This document shows, in pieces, positions 37,492-47,554 of a stretch of DNA of 64,000 nucleotides. The translations under genes were made by a program, and so were the position numbers. Location of the stretch: NCBI GenBank assembly GCA_965246885.1, contig OZ251992.1:1568001-1632000 (forward strand). Reading direction: 5' to 3'. The DNA is from Abditibacterium sp. GTDB lineage: Bacteria > Armatimonadota > Abditibacteriia > Abditibacteriales > Abditibacteriaceae. The notes beneath the pieces are model-generated. The model saw only the letters and a list, made by a program, of their open reading frames with translations. It did not search any database and was not told the origin of the DNA. Every line of letters starts with the position of its first letter. The stretch's first letter is position 1.

Positions 37492-38501
37492 CAGTCGCGC
37501 AAATCCGCCGCGCTCAGCCCGCGCTCCTCCCACAAGGCGCGCAGTTCCAGCAGCGCTTCCACCCGCTCATGCGCCGATGGAGCGGGCGTCCAAAAGTGGA
37601 ACATGCCCAACCGATATTCGCGGAGCCACTGCGTCACGCACGAGTAGCGCGCCAACTCACCTCCGCGCGTTGGCTCAAAGTAAGAAAGCGCCGCGTCCCA
37701 GATGCGCTCAAAGCGCGGCGTGAGTTCGACTGAATCGTAACTGTTGTTTCTGAGCCACGCGCGCTCTCCCGGCGCCTCACCCTCGGCCAATTGGAACTGA
37801 AAACCGATGGCTTGCGCGTTCGCCCACAAAGCGGTGTCCGTTAGCACCGCCAAGCGCAGCACCTGCTGAAAGAGCGCGAACGAGTCGCGGCACGTTCCGG
37901 TTGAGAGTTCATCCCGTTCTTCGCGCATCTTGGCCGCCCACTCCGCCGCGAACGCGACATCGGAACCCACCTCGCGCGCCAACACTTGAAACGCCTTCAG
38001 CCACTCAGGTGCTGGTTCTTCAAGCCATTCCTCCGCTACGCCGTCGTGCCACCGAAAACTTTGCGCCTCGTTCTGCACGATGTCGCTGATATTGTTGTTG
38101 CTTGGAATACTCGCAATGCGCGTCCAACTGCCGCGCCCATCGGCGTTCAAAAACACCTTCCATACCACTCGTTGCGGATACGCGATTGGTTCGAGGTCGT
38201 CGCCCAAGCAGAAGACGTGCCCGACGCGCCCTTCCTCCCACGCCGCGCGCCACAGTTCCTCCAACGGTTGCTTGGAAGCACCCAGCCATGTGGCTCTTTG
38301 GAACGGCTTGCGCTTGAGGGCGGCGCACAAATTGAAGCGGGAATCCTCCCCGATGCGGCGGGCCACCAGAAAGTGAATCATGTTTCCCGCCACGCCCCAC
38401 ACCCACTCCCCATCCGTGTCCACGTCGCGGCACTGTAAGAAGCTGGCGTCCAAGTCCGCCGCTTCCCAAGGCGCCAAGTCGAGGGTCAGAGTGTCACTCA
38501 T
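37491..38501 (-). CDS. Hypothetical Trp-rich protein of the 'P[ST]AHExxEA' family
   Basis: 8-bp overlap with the gluconokinase stop; C-terminus PSAHERVEALLELRALWEER. Confidence 0.75.
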   Translation of the reverse strand: MSDTLTLDLAPWEAADLDASFLQCRDVDTDGEWVWGVAGNMIHFLVARRIGEDSRFNLCAALKRKPFQRATWLGASKQPLEELWRAAWEEGRVGHVFCLGDDLEPIAYPQRVVWKVFLNADGRGSWTRIASIPSNNNISDIVQNEAQSFRWHDGVAEEWLEEPAPEWLKAFQVLAREVGSDVAFAAEWAAKMREERDELSTGTCRDSFALFQQVLRLAVLTDTALWANAQAIGFQFQLAEGEAPGERAWLRNNSYDSVELTPRFERIWDAALSYFEPTRGGELARYSCVTQWLREYRLGMFHFWTPAPSAHERVEALLELRALWEERGLSAADLRD

Positions 38502-39942
38502 ACAGCTTCGCTACCAAGCCATTTTGACGGCTGAGGGCGCGCTCGTAAAGGGCGGTGCGGGCCGGGTCGGGGCGGAGTTCTTCGCCGGTTTCAAACTTGG
38601 CGGCGGCTACGTCGGGCAGGGCGCCGATGGCTTCGAGGGCAAGCAGGGCGGCGCCGCGCGCGCTGGCTTCGGCTTCCTTGGACGCGCTGATGGGGCGGCC
38701 CAAGGCGTCCCCCACGATCTGTGCCCAAACGGGGACGTGTTCGAGGGCGCCGCCGGAGAAGGTGATGCGGGCGCCCGGAGCAAGCGGGGCAAGCAGGTCG
38801 CTCAAGACCCGGTAGCGCAACGCCGCGCCTTCCAAGCAGGCGCGCAGGATGTCCATCGCGTCCGTATGCAAGGTGGCGCCCGCGAGGACGAAGTGGGCGT
38901 TGGGGTTCCACAAGGGCGCACGCTCGCCCGCGAGGAAAGGCAGAACAGTCAGTTCGTGCGCATCGGGATTCATAGTGCCCAACCGGGTCTGCCAGTCGTC
39001 GGGCAAGCACAGATTCGCCCGCGCCCATGCGAGAACGTTGCCGACGTTGGAAATGGCGCCGCCAACGAGGGAGCGGCGGGCGTCCACGCGGTAGCGCCAT
39101 AACCCGCGCGGCGGCGCACCGGAAAAATCGGGCAACACCACGCGCAAAGCGCCGCTCGTTCCGGCGTTGAGCGCCAAAGTCGAAGCGTCGAGACCGCCGC
39201 CACCGATGTTGGAACACGCGCCATCGCCCAAGGCCGCGAACCACTTGGCGTTCGCCAAACGCGGCCAGCGCGCGGCGGTTTGGGCCGAGGGCACAAGGGC
39301 GTCGTGCGCATCGCAAAGCGGCAAGAGTTGGGCGCGCTCGATGGGCAGATGCGAGAGCATTTCCGCGTCGAAGTCGCATTTGTTCTGGTCAAACAGCCCG
39401 GTTCCCGACACCATTGATAGCGACACGCGCGGCGCTTCCAACCAGCGCAAAGCCGCGAACTCGCCGAAACTCATCCAGCGCAGGGGCGACGCAAACAATT
39501 CGGGCCGCACGTCGCGCAACCACAACAGCTTCGCGGGCCAGTAGGAGGTGTGGAACGGAGTCCCCAAGCGCGCGTGCGCCGCGTCCTCGTCCATCAGTTC
39601 GCGCAAGACTCCGACGTGCGCACGCGCCCGGTTGTCCGCCCAACTGATGACGCTCGTGCGCGCCTTGCCGTCGGCGTCTACTGCCAACAGGGAATGCCAA
39701 AAGCAACTCATGCCGACCGCGAGCACCTCGCCCTCGGTCTTGGCGAGGATGTCGTCCATGCACTTTTCCAGCAGGACAAGTAGCGCGTCCGCGTCGGTTT
39801 CGACGCCGCCATCTGTGCTGGTGGTTTGTAAGTAGGCGATTTGCGACGCCACGCCGATTTGGGCGCCCGAAGTGTCGAAGGCGATGGCGCGGACGGACGA
39901 GGTGCCCGCGTCGAGCGCGAGGATAAAGGGCTGAGCGTTCAT
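38494..39942 (-). CDS. gntK: Gluconokinase, FGGY family
   Basis: LDAGTSSVRA, SCFWHSL, GDGACSNIG, GTSGALR and LPFLAGERAP motifs. Confidence 0.85.
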   Translation of the reverse strand: MNAQPFILALDAGTSSVRAIAFDTSGAQIGVASQIAYLQTTSTDGGVETDADALLVLLEKCMDDILAKTEGEVLAVGMSCFWHSLLAVDADGKARTSVISWADNRARAHVGVLRELMDEDAAHARLGTPFHTSYWPAKLLWLRDVRPELFASPLRWMSFGEFAALRWLEAPRVSLSMVSGTGLFDQNKCDFDAEMLSHLPIERAQLLPLCDAHDALVPSAQTAARWPRLANAKWFAALGDGACSNIGGGGLDASTLALNAGTSGALRVVLPDFSGAPPRGLWRYRVDARRSLVGGAISNVGNVLAWARANLCLPDDWQTRLGTMNPDAHELTVLPFLAGERAPLWNPNAHFVLAGATLHTDAMDILRACLEGAALRYRVLSDLLAPLAPGARITFSGGALEHVPVWAQIVGDALGRPISASKEAEASARGAALLALEAIGALPDVAAAKFETGEELRPDPARTALYERALSRQNGLVAKLYE

Positions 39943-40017
39943 GGAAAGTAGGAGATAATTTAAGGCAGTTGCGCCCGCCGCGTCCGCTTTGGGCTTCGGC
40001 GCGCCCATACTTTGCCC

Positions 40018-41385
40018 ATGCCCGATTTCTCCCCGCGCGTTTTGGAAGGCTGGGGCCGCTTCCCGCGCCAGAGTTGCCGCGTCGCGCGCCCCGAAAAGCG
40101 GCGCACCGTCTTCGATTTAGTGGCGAGCGACGAAACGGACGTTATACTTCCGCGCGGCTTGGGCCGCGCGTATGGCGATGCGGCGCTTTCCGAGGGAGAG
40201 GGTGTTTTGCTCCTCGAAAAGCAAGACCGCTTCTTGGACTTTGACTCGGAGACCGGCGTCTTGCACGTCGAAGGCGGCGCCTCTTTCGCGTCCATCATTG
40301 AAACCTTCGTGCCGCGCGGCTGGTTTTTGCCGGTCGTGCCGGGAACCAAGTTCGTCACTGTCGGCGGCGCGCTTGCTTCCGATGTGCATGGCAAGAACCA
40401 CCACCGCGTTGGCACCATCGGCGAGCACGTTGAGGAGTTCGAGTTACTCGTTGCGTCGGGCGATGTGCTCGTTTGCTCGCGCACCCAGCACCCCGATGCC
40501 TTCCGCGCCACACTTGGCGGCATGGGGTTAACCGGCGTCATCCTGAGCGCGAAACTTCGCTTGCAGCCCATCGAAAGCGCGCAGATCGTGCTGCGAACCG
40601 AACGGACGCGCAACCTTCAGGAGACGCTCCAAGGCTTTGGGCGCGACTCCGACACGGCGTATTCCGTCGCGTGGGTGGACTGCCTCGCGGCGGGCGACTC
40701 GTTGGGGAGGAGCGTCTTCCTGCGCGGCGAACACGCTTCCAACCGCGACCTGCTCGCCGCCGATTTTGAGGGCGACCCCTTTGCATCTTCCTCAAATAAA
40801 GCCAAAAGCATCCCGCGCGACTTCCCCGATTTCGCCCTCTCCGCCGCATCGGTGCGCGCTTTCAACGCCGCTTACTACGCGAACCACCCCGATGGGCAGG
40901 CCTTGCAGGGCTTTGAGCGGTTCTTCTGGCCGCTTGACTCGCTCGGCGGCTGGAACAAAATCTACGGCGCGCGCGGTTTCGTCCAGTATCATTGCATTCT
41001 CCCCTTTGCCACCTCTGCTGACGGGCTGACGCGCCTATTGGAGCGCATCTCCGGGTCGGGCCGCGCGGCGTTTTTGGCCGTTCTCAAGCTCTACGGCCCC
41101 GAAAACGATTCGCCCTTGTCCTTTCCGCTCGCGGGCCACTCCCTCGCTCTCGACCTGCCCGCCAGTGAAGGAATCGTCGAGTTCTGCCGCGAACTCGACG
41201 CCATCACCCTCGAACACGGCGGGCGCACTTACCTCGCCAAAGACTCGACTCTCTCACCCGACGCCTTCCGCCACATGTATCCCCGTCTGCCCGAATTTAG
41301 GCGCATCAAAGCGCAACTTGACCCGCACGCTCGTTTCCAGTCGTCGCTGTCGCGTCGCTTGAACATCGCTGGAGGTGCCGCTTAA
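40018..41385 (+). CDS. FAD-binding oxidoreductase, DprE1-like
   Basis: RGLGRAYGD, PVVPGTKFVTVGG..ASDVHGKNHH, FLAVLK and YLAKDS motifs. Confidence 0.9.
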   Translation: MPDFSPRVLEGWGRFPRQSCRVARPEKRRTVFDLVASDETDVILPRGLGRAYGDAALSEGEGVLLLEKQDRFLDFDSETGVLHVEGGASFASIIETFVPRGWFLPVVPGTKFVTVGGALASDVHGKNHHRVGTIGEHVEEFELLVASGDVLVCSRTQHPDAFRATLGGMGLTGVILSAKLRLQPIESAQIVLRTERTRNLQETLQGFGRDSDTAYSVAWVDCLAAGDSLGRSVFLRGEHASNRDLLAADFEGDPFASSSNKAKSIPRDFPDFALSAASVRAFNAAYYANHPDGQALQGFERFFWPLDSLGGWNKIYGARGFVQYHCILPFATSADGLTRLLERISGSGRAAFLAVLKLYGPENDSPLSFPLAGHSLALDLPASEGIVEFCRELDAITLEHGGRTYLAKDSTLSPDAFRHMYPRLPEFRRIKAQLDPHARFQSSLSRRLNIAGGAA

Positions 41386-42135
41386 ATGGCCCAGAAAACC
41401 TTTGGCAAAGACACGCGCGTCCTCGTCGTCGGCGCCTCTGGCGGCATTGGGAAAGCGCTTTGCCGCGAGTTCGCCCGACATGGCGCGAACCTCATCTTGG
41501 CCGGACGCGACGCCGAAGAACTCGCGCTTTTGCGTTGCGACTTGCAAGTGCGCGGCGGCGCCCATGTCGAAGTCAAGAGCTTCGATGCCCTCGACTACGC
41601 CTCGCACCCCGCCTTCTGGCAAGAGTGCGGCCAAGTGGACGGCGTGGTTTGCTGCTTCGGCATCTTGACCGACGAAGCGCACGCTCAACGCGACCCGGCG
41701 CTCTGCCGCGCTCTGATTGAAACCAACTACAACGCCAACATCTCCCTGCTCAACGAAGTAGCAAACACCTTTGAGGATCGCGGGCGCGGCTTCATTTGCA
41801 CCCTTTCCAGCGTCGCGGGCGAACGCGCGCGCCAATCCAACTACCTTTACGGCTCCGCCAAAGCGGGCCTGACCGCCTATACCGAGGGCCTGCGCGCCCG
41901 CCTTTGGAAGTCCGGCGTGTCCGTCACGACCGTCAAACCCGGCCCCGTCGACACCGGCATGACATTCGGCATGGACAAACTCCCGCTTCTCGCCCCGCCC
42001 GAAAAGGTGGCGAGCGACATCTACCGGGGCCTGCGTCGCGGCGCCGATGTCGTCTGGACGCCCGCCCCTTGGCGCCTCATCATGGCCATCCTTCGCCTCA
42101 TCCCGGCAGGCGTGTGGAAGCGGTTGAAGTTCTGA
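41386..42135 (+). CDS. SDR oxidoreductase, DprE2-like
   Basis: Abuts the dprE1-like gene; SSVAGERARQSNYLYGSAKAG and VKPGPVDT motifs. Confidence 0.88.
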   Translation: MAQKTFGKDTRVLVVGASGGIGKALCREFARHGANLILAGRDAEELALLRCDLQVRGGAHVEVKSFDALDYASHPAFWQECGQVDGVVCCFGILTDEAHAQRDPALCRALIETNYNANISLLNEVANTFEDRGRGFICTLSSVAGERARQSNYLYGSAKAGLTAYTEGLRARLWKSGVSVTTVKPGPVDTGMTFGMDKLPLLAPPEKVASDIYRGLRRGADVVWTPAPWRLIMAILRLIPAGVWKRLKF

Positions 42136-42157
42136 GAAGCGTGCGCCGTACTGGGTA

Positions 42158-42574
42158 TCAAGGCGCCTTCGACCCATAAAACCCTACTTCATAACCCGCC
42201 GCCCGCAACTTCCTTATCGCCAGCCGGTTGATACTTTGCAGGACGAACAAGCCAACTATCGAGAAGAGTGACAGAATAATGGCGATCCAGCCGCCCTTCA
42301 ACTTAAGCGCCGAGGTCATTCTTCCCACCACGAACGCGCACACCGCGCTAAGCGAAAGTTGTACGAGAGTCAATAGTAAATGCGTGGTGTCGGGCACCTC
42401 CGAGACAGATGTTGTGGGCACCGCTTCATGTACGCCGTAAGCGACTAGAGCTCCGAGGTGCGCGAGTGCGCCGACCCACGCCCGCCTTTGCGCGCTGGCG
42501 AGTGCCGGGAGGGAAATGGCGTTGGCAAGCGGCGCGTCGGCTGTTGGCGAGGCGATGGGCGGGAACTCATTCAC
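42158..42574 (-). CDS. Small hypothetical membrane protein
   Basis: Three hydrophobic segments, C-terminus LRAAGYEVGFYG; GTG start inferred. Confidence 0.6.
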   Translation of the reverse strand: MNEFPPIASPTADAPLANAISLPALASAQRRAWVGALAHLGALVAYGVHEAVPTTSVSEVPDTTHLLLTLVQLSLSAVCAFVVGRMTSALKLKGGWIAIILSLFSIVGLFVLQSINRLAIRKLRAAGYEVGFYGSKAP

Positions 42575-42635
42575 CCCTTCAGTATCGCCTTCGCGTTGGC
42601 GCACGCGGCGGTTTAAACTGCCCGCAGTTTCTTTT

Positions 42636-43325
42636 ATGCCGTTGTCCAATCCGTCTGATGCCGTGTTAGTGGCCCTTGATGTGCCCGCGCCGGAGCGCGC
42701 GCTGGAACTGGTGCAGTTGCTCGAACCGCATGTGGGCGGGTTCAAGGTGGGGCTGGAACTGTTCTGCGCGAGCGGGCCGGGGATCGTCGAGGGGATTGGG
42801 GCGGGGCGGGTGTTTCTGGACTTGAAGTTTCACGACATTCCCAACACCGTCGCGGCGGCGTGCCGGGTGGCGGCGCGGATGGGGGTGCGCATCTTCAACG
42901 TGCATTGTCTGGGCGGACTGGACATGATGCGCGCGGCGGTGGACGCGACGCGCGAGATAGACCCGAACGTGGCCTTGATTGGCGTGACGATCCTGACCTC
43001 GCACGACGCGGACTCGCTCGCGCGCTTGGGCTTGCAAGAGTCGCCGCGCGAGGCCGTCTTGCGCTTGGCGGAGTTGGCGCAGCAAGCGGGGTTGGACGGC
43101 GTGGTGTGTTCGCCGCGCGAGATTCTGCCCGTGCGCGCGCGGTGCGGCGACGACTTCCTGCTCGTGACGCCGGGTATCCGTCCGCAACACGCTGAGTCGG
43201 GCGACCAAAAGCGCACGCTTTCGCCGCGCGAAGCGCTCGAAGCGGGCGCCAACTTCCTCGTCGTCGGGCGCCCTATTACCGGCGCGACCGACCCAGTAGC
43301 GGCGGCGCGGCGGCTGTTTGATTAA
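42636..43325 (+). CDS. pyrF: Orotidine-5'-phosphate decarboxylase
   Basis: VALD, FKVGLEL, FLDLKFHDIPNTV, TPGIRP and VVGRPI motifs. Confidence 0.97.
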   Translation: MPLSNPSDAVLVALDVPAPERALELVQLLEPHVGGFKVGLELFCASGPGIVEGIGAGRVFLDLKFHDIPNTVAAACRVAARMGVRIFNVHCLGGLDMMRAAVDATREIDPNVALIGVTILTSHDADSLARLGLQESPREAVLRLAELAQQAGLDGVVCSPREILPVRARCGDDFLLVTPGIRPQHAESGDQKRTLSPREALEAGANFLVVGRPITGATDPVAAARRLFD

Positions 43326-43453
43326 AGGGCGGCAGAAAAACCAACGAATATAAAGCCCCTCTTAACATCCGCCCCGTGCGGCGCGCGTCTAAGGAGATGG
43401 AACAGAGTTCGCACCGCTTGGTGCGCGGACTCTCGCAGTCACGGACAACACCC

Positions 43454-44197
43454 ATGAAAACCAACCTTTCTCGCGCCCTCACTTTGGGCACCCTCGGCCT
43501 GTTTGCGGGCATGGCTCTCGCCCAGCCCGGCCCCGGCAACGATGCCAATAGGGGCGGTCAGGGCAACGGCGGACGCCCCGGCGGTCGTGGCGGCAACCGC
43601 CCCGATTTTGCGAACATGACCCCCGCCCAGCGCGAGGCTTCCCGTGCCGGGCAACGCGAGCGCCAATTGCGCCGCGCCTTGGCAACCATCGGCATCAACG
43701 ACGCCGCCACGCAAGACCCCATCGTCAAATACAGCAACGACGAAGCCGCCACCATGAGCGCCATCAATCCCAAGATTGAAGCGCTCCGCGCCGCCTTCCG
43801 CGACGGTGCCGACGACAAAACCGTCGCCGCCGCGCTCGCCGATTACAAAACGACTGTCCAAACCGCGCAAACCAATCGCACCGCCGCTATTGCTGCCCTC
43901 GACCAACAAATCTCCTTCTCGACCAAGCCCAAACTCGAAGCCCTGCTCACCATGCTCGGCGTCATCGGCGATGAGACCGGCTTCGTCGCCAACCTGAGCG
44001 GCGACGCCCGTCTCCCCGGCGCCGGTGGCGGACGCGGCGGCAACGGCGGCGGTTTTGGCGGCGGAGGCGGCTTTGGCGGAGGCGGCTTCGGTGGACGTGG
44101 TGGAGGACGCGGCGACAACAACGGCGCCCCCGGCGGTGGCGGCCCCGGCCCCGATGGTGGCGGCCCCGATATGGCTCCCCCGCCGCCCCCGCAATAA
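43454..44197 (+). CDS. Secreted hypothetical protein with Gly/Arg-rich termini and a helical core
   Basis: ATG at 43454, signal peptide ending MALA-Q, strong C-ending codon bias. Confidence 0.8.
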   Translation: MKTNLSRALTLGTLGLFAGMALAQPGPGNDANRGGQGNGGRPGGRGGNRPDFANMTPAQREASRAGQRERQLRRALATIGINDAATQDPIVKYSNDEAATMSAINPKIEALRAAFRDGADDKTVAAALADYKTTVQTAQTNRTAAIAALDQQISFSTKPKLEALLTMLGVIGDETGFVANLSGDARLPGAGGGRGGNGGGFGGGGGFGGGGFGGRGGGRGDNNGAPGGGGPGPDGGGPDMAPPPPPQ

Positions 44198-44211
44198 CCG
44201 TTCAATCAAAG

Positions 44212-44239
44212 AGCGCCCAGAACGATTGTTCTGGGCGCT
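44212..44239. terminator. Bidirectional terminator hairpin
   Basis: AGCGCCCAGAAC-GATT-GTTCTGGGCGCT between convergent genes. Confidence 0.7.
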
Positions 44240-44263
44240 TCTTCTTAACGGGTTCTCTGCAAA

Positions 44264-47200
44264 TTACCCACAGCCCGTCGTTGTGCCACATTCGTTGCAT
44301 TTGTAGCACGCGCCGGAGCGGACGGTGATGGCGCCGCAGTTGGGGCAGGGCGGGCTGTCGGCTTGGGACTGCATAAGCGAGGCTTGCGCGTCGGCGAGGT
44401 TGCCGTTGGCCGCGCCGCCCTCGTGAGAGGGGAGCGAAAACAGCGTGGGCAGGGCGGTGGCTGAAGTGGGCGCGGCGCTAAAAGCGGGCGCCCGTTCAGC
44501 TTTTTTTGGTTCGACCTCCCCTTCTTGGGCGGGTGCGGCTTTGCCAAAGTGCCCGTTGTCGCCGTTGGGATGAAACTTCTGGTCGAACCACCGGAAGATG
44601 TAATCCATCAGCGACTTAGCGAGCGGAATGTCGCGGTTCGTCGTATACCCCGACGGCTCGAAGCGGGTATGCGAGAACTTGTTAACCAATACCCGCAGGG
44701 GCACTCCGTATTGCAAGCACATGGAGATGGCAACAGCAAAGGAGTCCATGAGGCCGGAGATGGTCGAGCCTTCCTTCGACATCTTAATGAATATCTCGCC
44801 GGGGCTGCCGTCCTCATAGAGGCCGACCATGAAGTAACCCTCTTGACCCGCGATGGAGAATTTGTGCGTAATGCTCATCCGTTCATCGGGCAATTTGCGG
44901 CGCAAAGCGCGTTTCATCTCCGACTCTTTCTGTTCCGCCTTTTGCGCGTCGCTCGAAGTCGAAAGCGGCTGCGTCCGTTTGGAATTGTCGCGGTAGATGG
45001 CAACAGCTTTCACGCCCGACTTCCACGCTTGGATGTAAGCGTCCATTATCTCATCTACCGTGCAGTCTTGCGGCATATTAACGGTCTTTGAAATCGCGCC
45101 ACTAAGGAAGGGTTGCGCCGCCGCCATCATCTTCACGTGGCCCATGTGATGAATGGAGCGCACGCCGTTCATCGCTTTGAAGGCGCAGTCGAAGACGCTA
45201 AAATGCCGGTCTTCCAATCCCGGTGCGCCCTCGATGGTGTCGTTCTTGTCTATGTACTCGACGATGGTTTGAATTTCGTTCTCGTCGTATCCCAACTTGC
45301 GCAACGCGGCGGGGACGGTCTGGTTGACGATCTTAAGCATACCCCCGCCGACCAATTTCTTGTACTTTACAAGCGCAATATCGGGTTCGACGCCCGTCGT
45401 ATCGGCATCCATCATAAAAGAGATGGTGCCGGTGGGAGCAAGAACCGTCGTTTGGGAGTTGCGATACCCATGCTTTTGTCCAAGTAACAATGCCTCATCC
45501 CATACCTTGTGCGCTTCTTCCAACACGTTATCGGCGACAAGCGAGTGGTCAATGCGGTTAACCGCGTCGCGGTGCTTGCCAATAACGCGCAGCATCGGCT
45601 CGCGGTTGAGTTCGTAACCCTCGAACGGGCCAGTATTGCGCGCTATTTTGGCGCTCTGGCGATACCCCGCGCCCGTCATAATGGCAGTTAGCGCCCCCGC
45701 AAACGCGCGGCCTTCATCGGAATCATACGCCAATCCCATCGCCATTAAGAGCGCGCCGATGTTGCAATAGCCCAACCCCAGTGGGCGAAACAGTTCCGAG
45801 TTTTCCGCGATGCGCGCGGTGGGATACGACGCGAAAGAAACGATGATTTCCTGCGCCGTCAAAAACACTTCGCACGCATGGACATAAGCCTTCGCGTCAA
45901 AGTTTCCGGTCTCGAAGTCGTAGAACTTGAGCAAGTTGATGGAAGACAAGTTGCACGCCGTCGAGTCCAGAAACATAAACTCCGAGCAGGGGTTGGAAGC
46001 ATAAATGCGGTCGGTGTTAATGCACGTGTGCCAGTCGTTAATCACCGTGTCGTATTGCATTCCTGGATCGCCGCAAATGTAGGTGGTCTCCGCGATGGAG
46101 CGCAGCATCTGGCGCGCGTCGAGGGTTTCCACCACTTGCCCCGATGTAACCGCGCGCGTCTGCCAAGGCTGGCCGTTCTCGGCGGCGCGCATAAACTCGT
46201 CTGTCACGCGCACAGAGTGGTTGGCGTTTTGAAAAGCGACCGAATCGTACGCGCCGCCGGGCACGTTGAAACCGCCGTTGTAACCCGCGTCTATCAAGGC
46301 CCACGCCTTCTTTTCCTCGTTCGCCTTGCACCAAATGAACTCGGCAATGTCGGGGTGATCCACGTTCAAAATCACCATCTTCGCGGCGCGGCGCGTCGTG
46401 CCGCCCGACTTAATCGCGCCCGCAAAAGCGTCCCAACCGCGCATAAAACTCACGGGGCCGGATGCAATGCCGCCGCCCGACAGGTGCTCCCTTGAGGAGC
46501 GAATGCGCCACAAATTCGAGCCTGCGCCCGACCCGCCCTTAAAGAGGCGCGCTTCGGTCGCGGCCAACTCCATGATGGACTCCATGTCATCGTGCACGTC
46601 GTTGATGAAACACGCGGAACACTGCGGTTTGGCGCCCTTGACGCCGAGGTTGAACCAGACGGGAGAGTTGAAGGCGCCGTATTGATGAAGGAGCAGATAC
46701 ACCAGTTCGTCACGAAAACTCTGCGCATCTTCGGGGCTGGCGAAGTAGCCGCCTTGGTTGCCCCAGTCGTGCAGGGTGTCGGCGACGCGGCCAATGACTT
46801 GGCGCACGCTGGTTTCGCGGGCGGGGGTATTCATCGGGCCGCGAAAATACTTGCTGACGACGACGTTGGTCGCTAACTGCGACCAATGCGCGGGAATGTC
46901 GCAGTCGGTCTGCTCAAAAACCGACTTGCCGTTTTCGCCGGTGATGGACGCAGTGCGCTTTTCCCATCTCGCGGTCGAGAAGGGGTCTTGACCGGCCTTT
47001 GTAAAGTGGCGCGGCATCTTGAGGGCGCGGTCGGGCGCAGTTTGAGCGCGGAAACCGGGCGTCCAACCCGTCGAGCCGGTGCCGGTCGTGACCGGAACTT
47101 TGGCGCGCGCGGCTTCGGCTTCTTCGAGTTCGGACGCGCCCATTTCGCTGGGCACGACAACCGTTGTGCCGTTGGTTTCGTGCGCATGGCCGTTGTGGGC

Positions 47201-47290
47201 GTGGCCATTTTCGGCGTGGCCGTTGCCGTTTTGGGAGGAAGCGTGGCCGTTAGTGGAGGCTGTGGCGATTGGAGTGATGGAGTCGGACAT
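44264..47290 (-). CDS. nrdJ: Vitamin B12-dependent class II ribonucleotide reductase with TSCPD domain and C-terminal zinc ribbon
   Basis: FNSPVWFN, CSACFI, SNPCSE, APTGTISF, SGAISKTVN, and terminal CPNC...CNEC...GCG. Confidence 0.95.
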   Translation of the reverse strand: MSDSITPIATASTNGHASSQNGNGHAENGHAHNGHAHETNGTTVVVPSEMGASELEEAEAARAKVPVTTGTGSTGWTPGFRAQTAPDRALKMPRHFTKAGQDPFSTARWEKRTASITGENGKSVFEQTDCDIPAHWSQLATNVVVSKYFRGPMNTPARETSVRQVIGRVADTLHDWGNQGGYFASPEDAQSFRDELVYLLLHQYGAFNSPVWFNLGVKGAKPQCSACFINDVHDDMESIMELAATEARLFKGGSGAGSNLWRIRSSREHLSGGGIASGPVSFMRGWDAFAGAIKSGGTTRRAAKMVILNVDHPDIAEFIWCKANEEKKAWALIDAGYNGGFNVPGGAYDSVAFQNANHSVRVTDEFMRAAENGQPWQTRAVTSGQVVETLDARQMLRSIAETTYICGDPGMQYDTVINDWHTCINTDRIYASNPCSEFMFLDSTACNLSSINLLKFYDFETGNFDAKAYVHACEVFLTAQEIIVSFASYPTARIAENSELFRPLGLGYCNIGALLMAMGLAYDSDEGRAFAGALTAIMTGAGYRQSAKIARNTGPFEGYELNREPMLRVIGKHRDAVNRIDHSLVADNVLEEAHKVWDEALLLGQKHGYRNSQTTVLAPTGTISFMMDADTTGVEPDIALVKYKKLVGGGMLKIVNQTVPAALRKLGYDENEIQTIVEYIDKNDTIEGAPGLEDRHFSVFDCAFKAMNGVRSIHHMGHVKMMAAAQPFLSGAISKTVNMPQDCTVDEIMDAYIQAWKSGVKAVAIYRDNSKRTQPLSTSSDAQKAEQKESEMKRALRRKLPDERMSITHKFSIAGQEGYFMVGLYEDGSPGEIFIKMSKEGSTISGLMDSFAVAISMCLQYGVPLRVLVNKFSHTRFEPSGYTTNRDIPLAKSLMDYIFRWFDQKFHPNGDNGHFGKAAPAQEGEVEPKKAERAPAFSAAPTSATALPTLFSLPSHEGGAANGNLADAQASLMQSQADSPPCPNCGAITVRSGACYKCNECGTTTGCG

Positions 47291-47347
47291 GGGAATGATG
47301 TGCGCGGCAAATGCGTGGCCTCCCCTCACACTCGCAGGAACGGGGAA

Positions 47348-47395
47348 ACCCAACATCTTGTGCCGTGCGGGGAAAGCGGGCACAACATATCGGAA
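47348..47395. promoter_or_regulatory. Two NrdR boxes, 32 bp apart, upstream of nrdJ
   Basis: ACCCAACATCTTGTGC (47348-47363) and GCACAACATATCGGAA (47380-47395) resemble the acaCwAtATaTwGtg consensus. Confidence 0.75.
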
Positions 47396-47554
47396 TTTGC
47401 GACCAGAAAAGGTTAAGGCGCGGCCCTCCTCTTTGCAAGCGGCGCGCACCCATTTTCTTTCCCAAAATCCAAATATCATTCCTCGTTTGGGGCACTTTTC
47501 CCTATTTGCGAGTCAGTTATCCCCGCTTTTGCAGCCGTTGGGACATCTGTTGTT

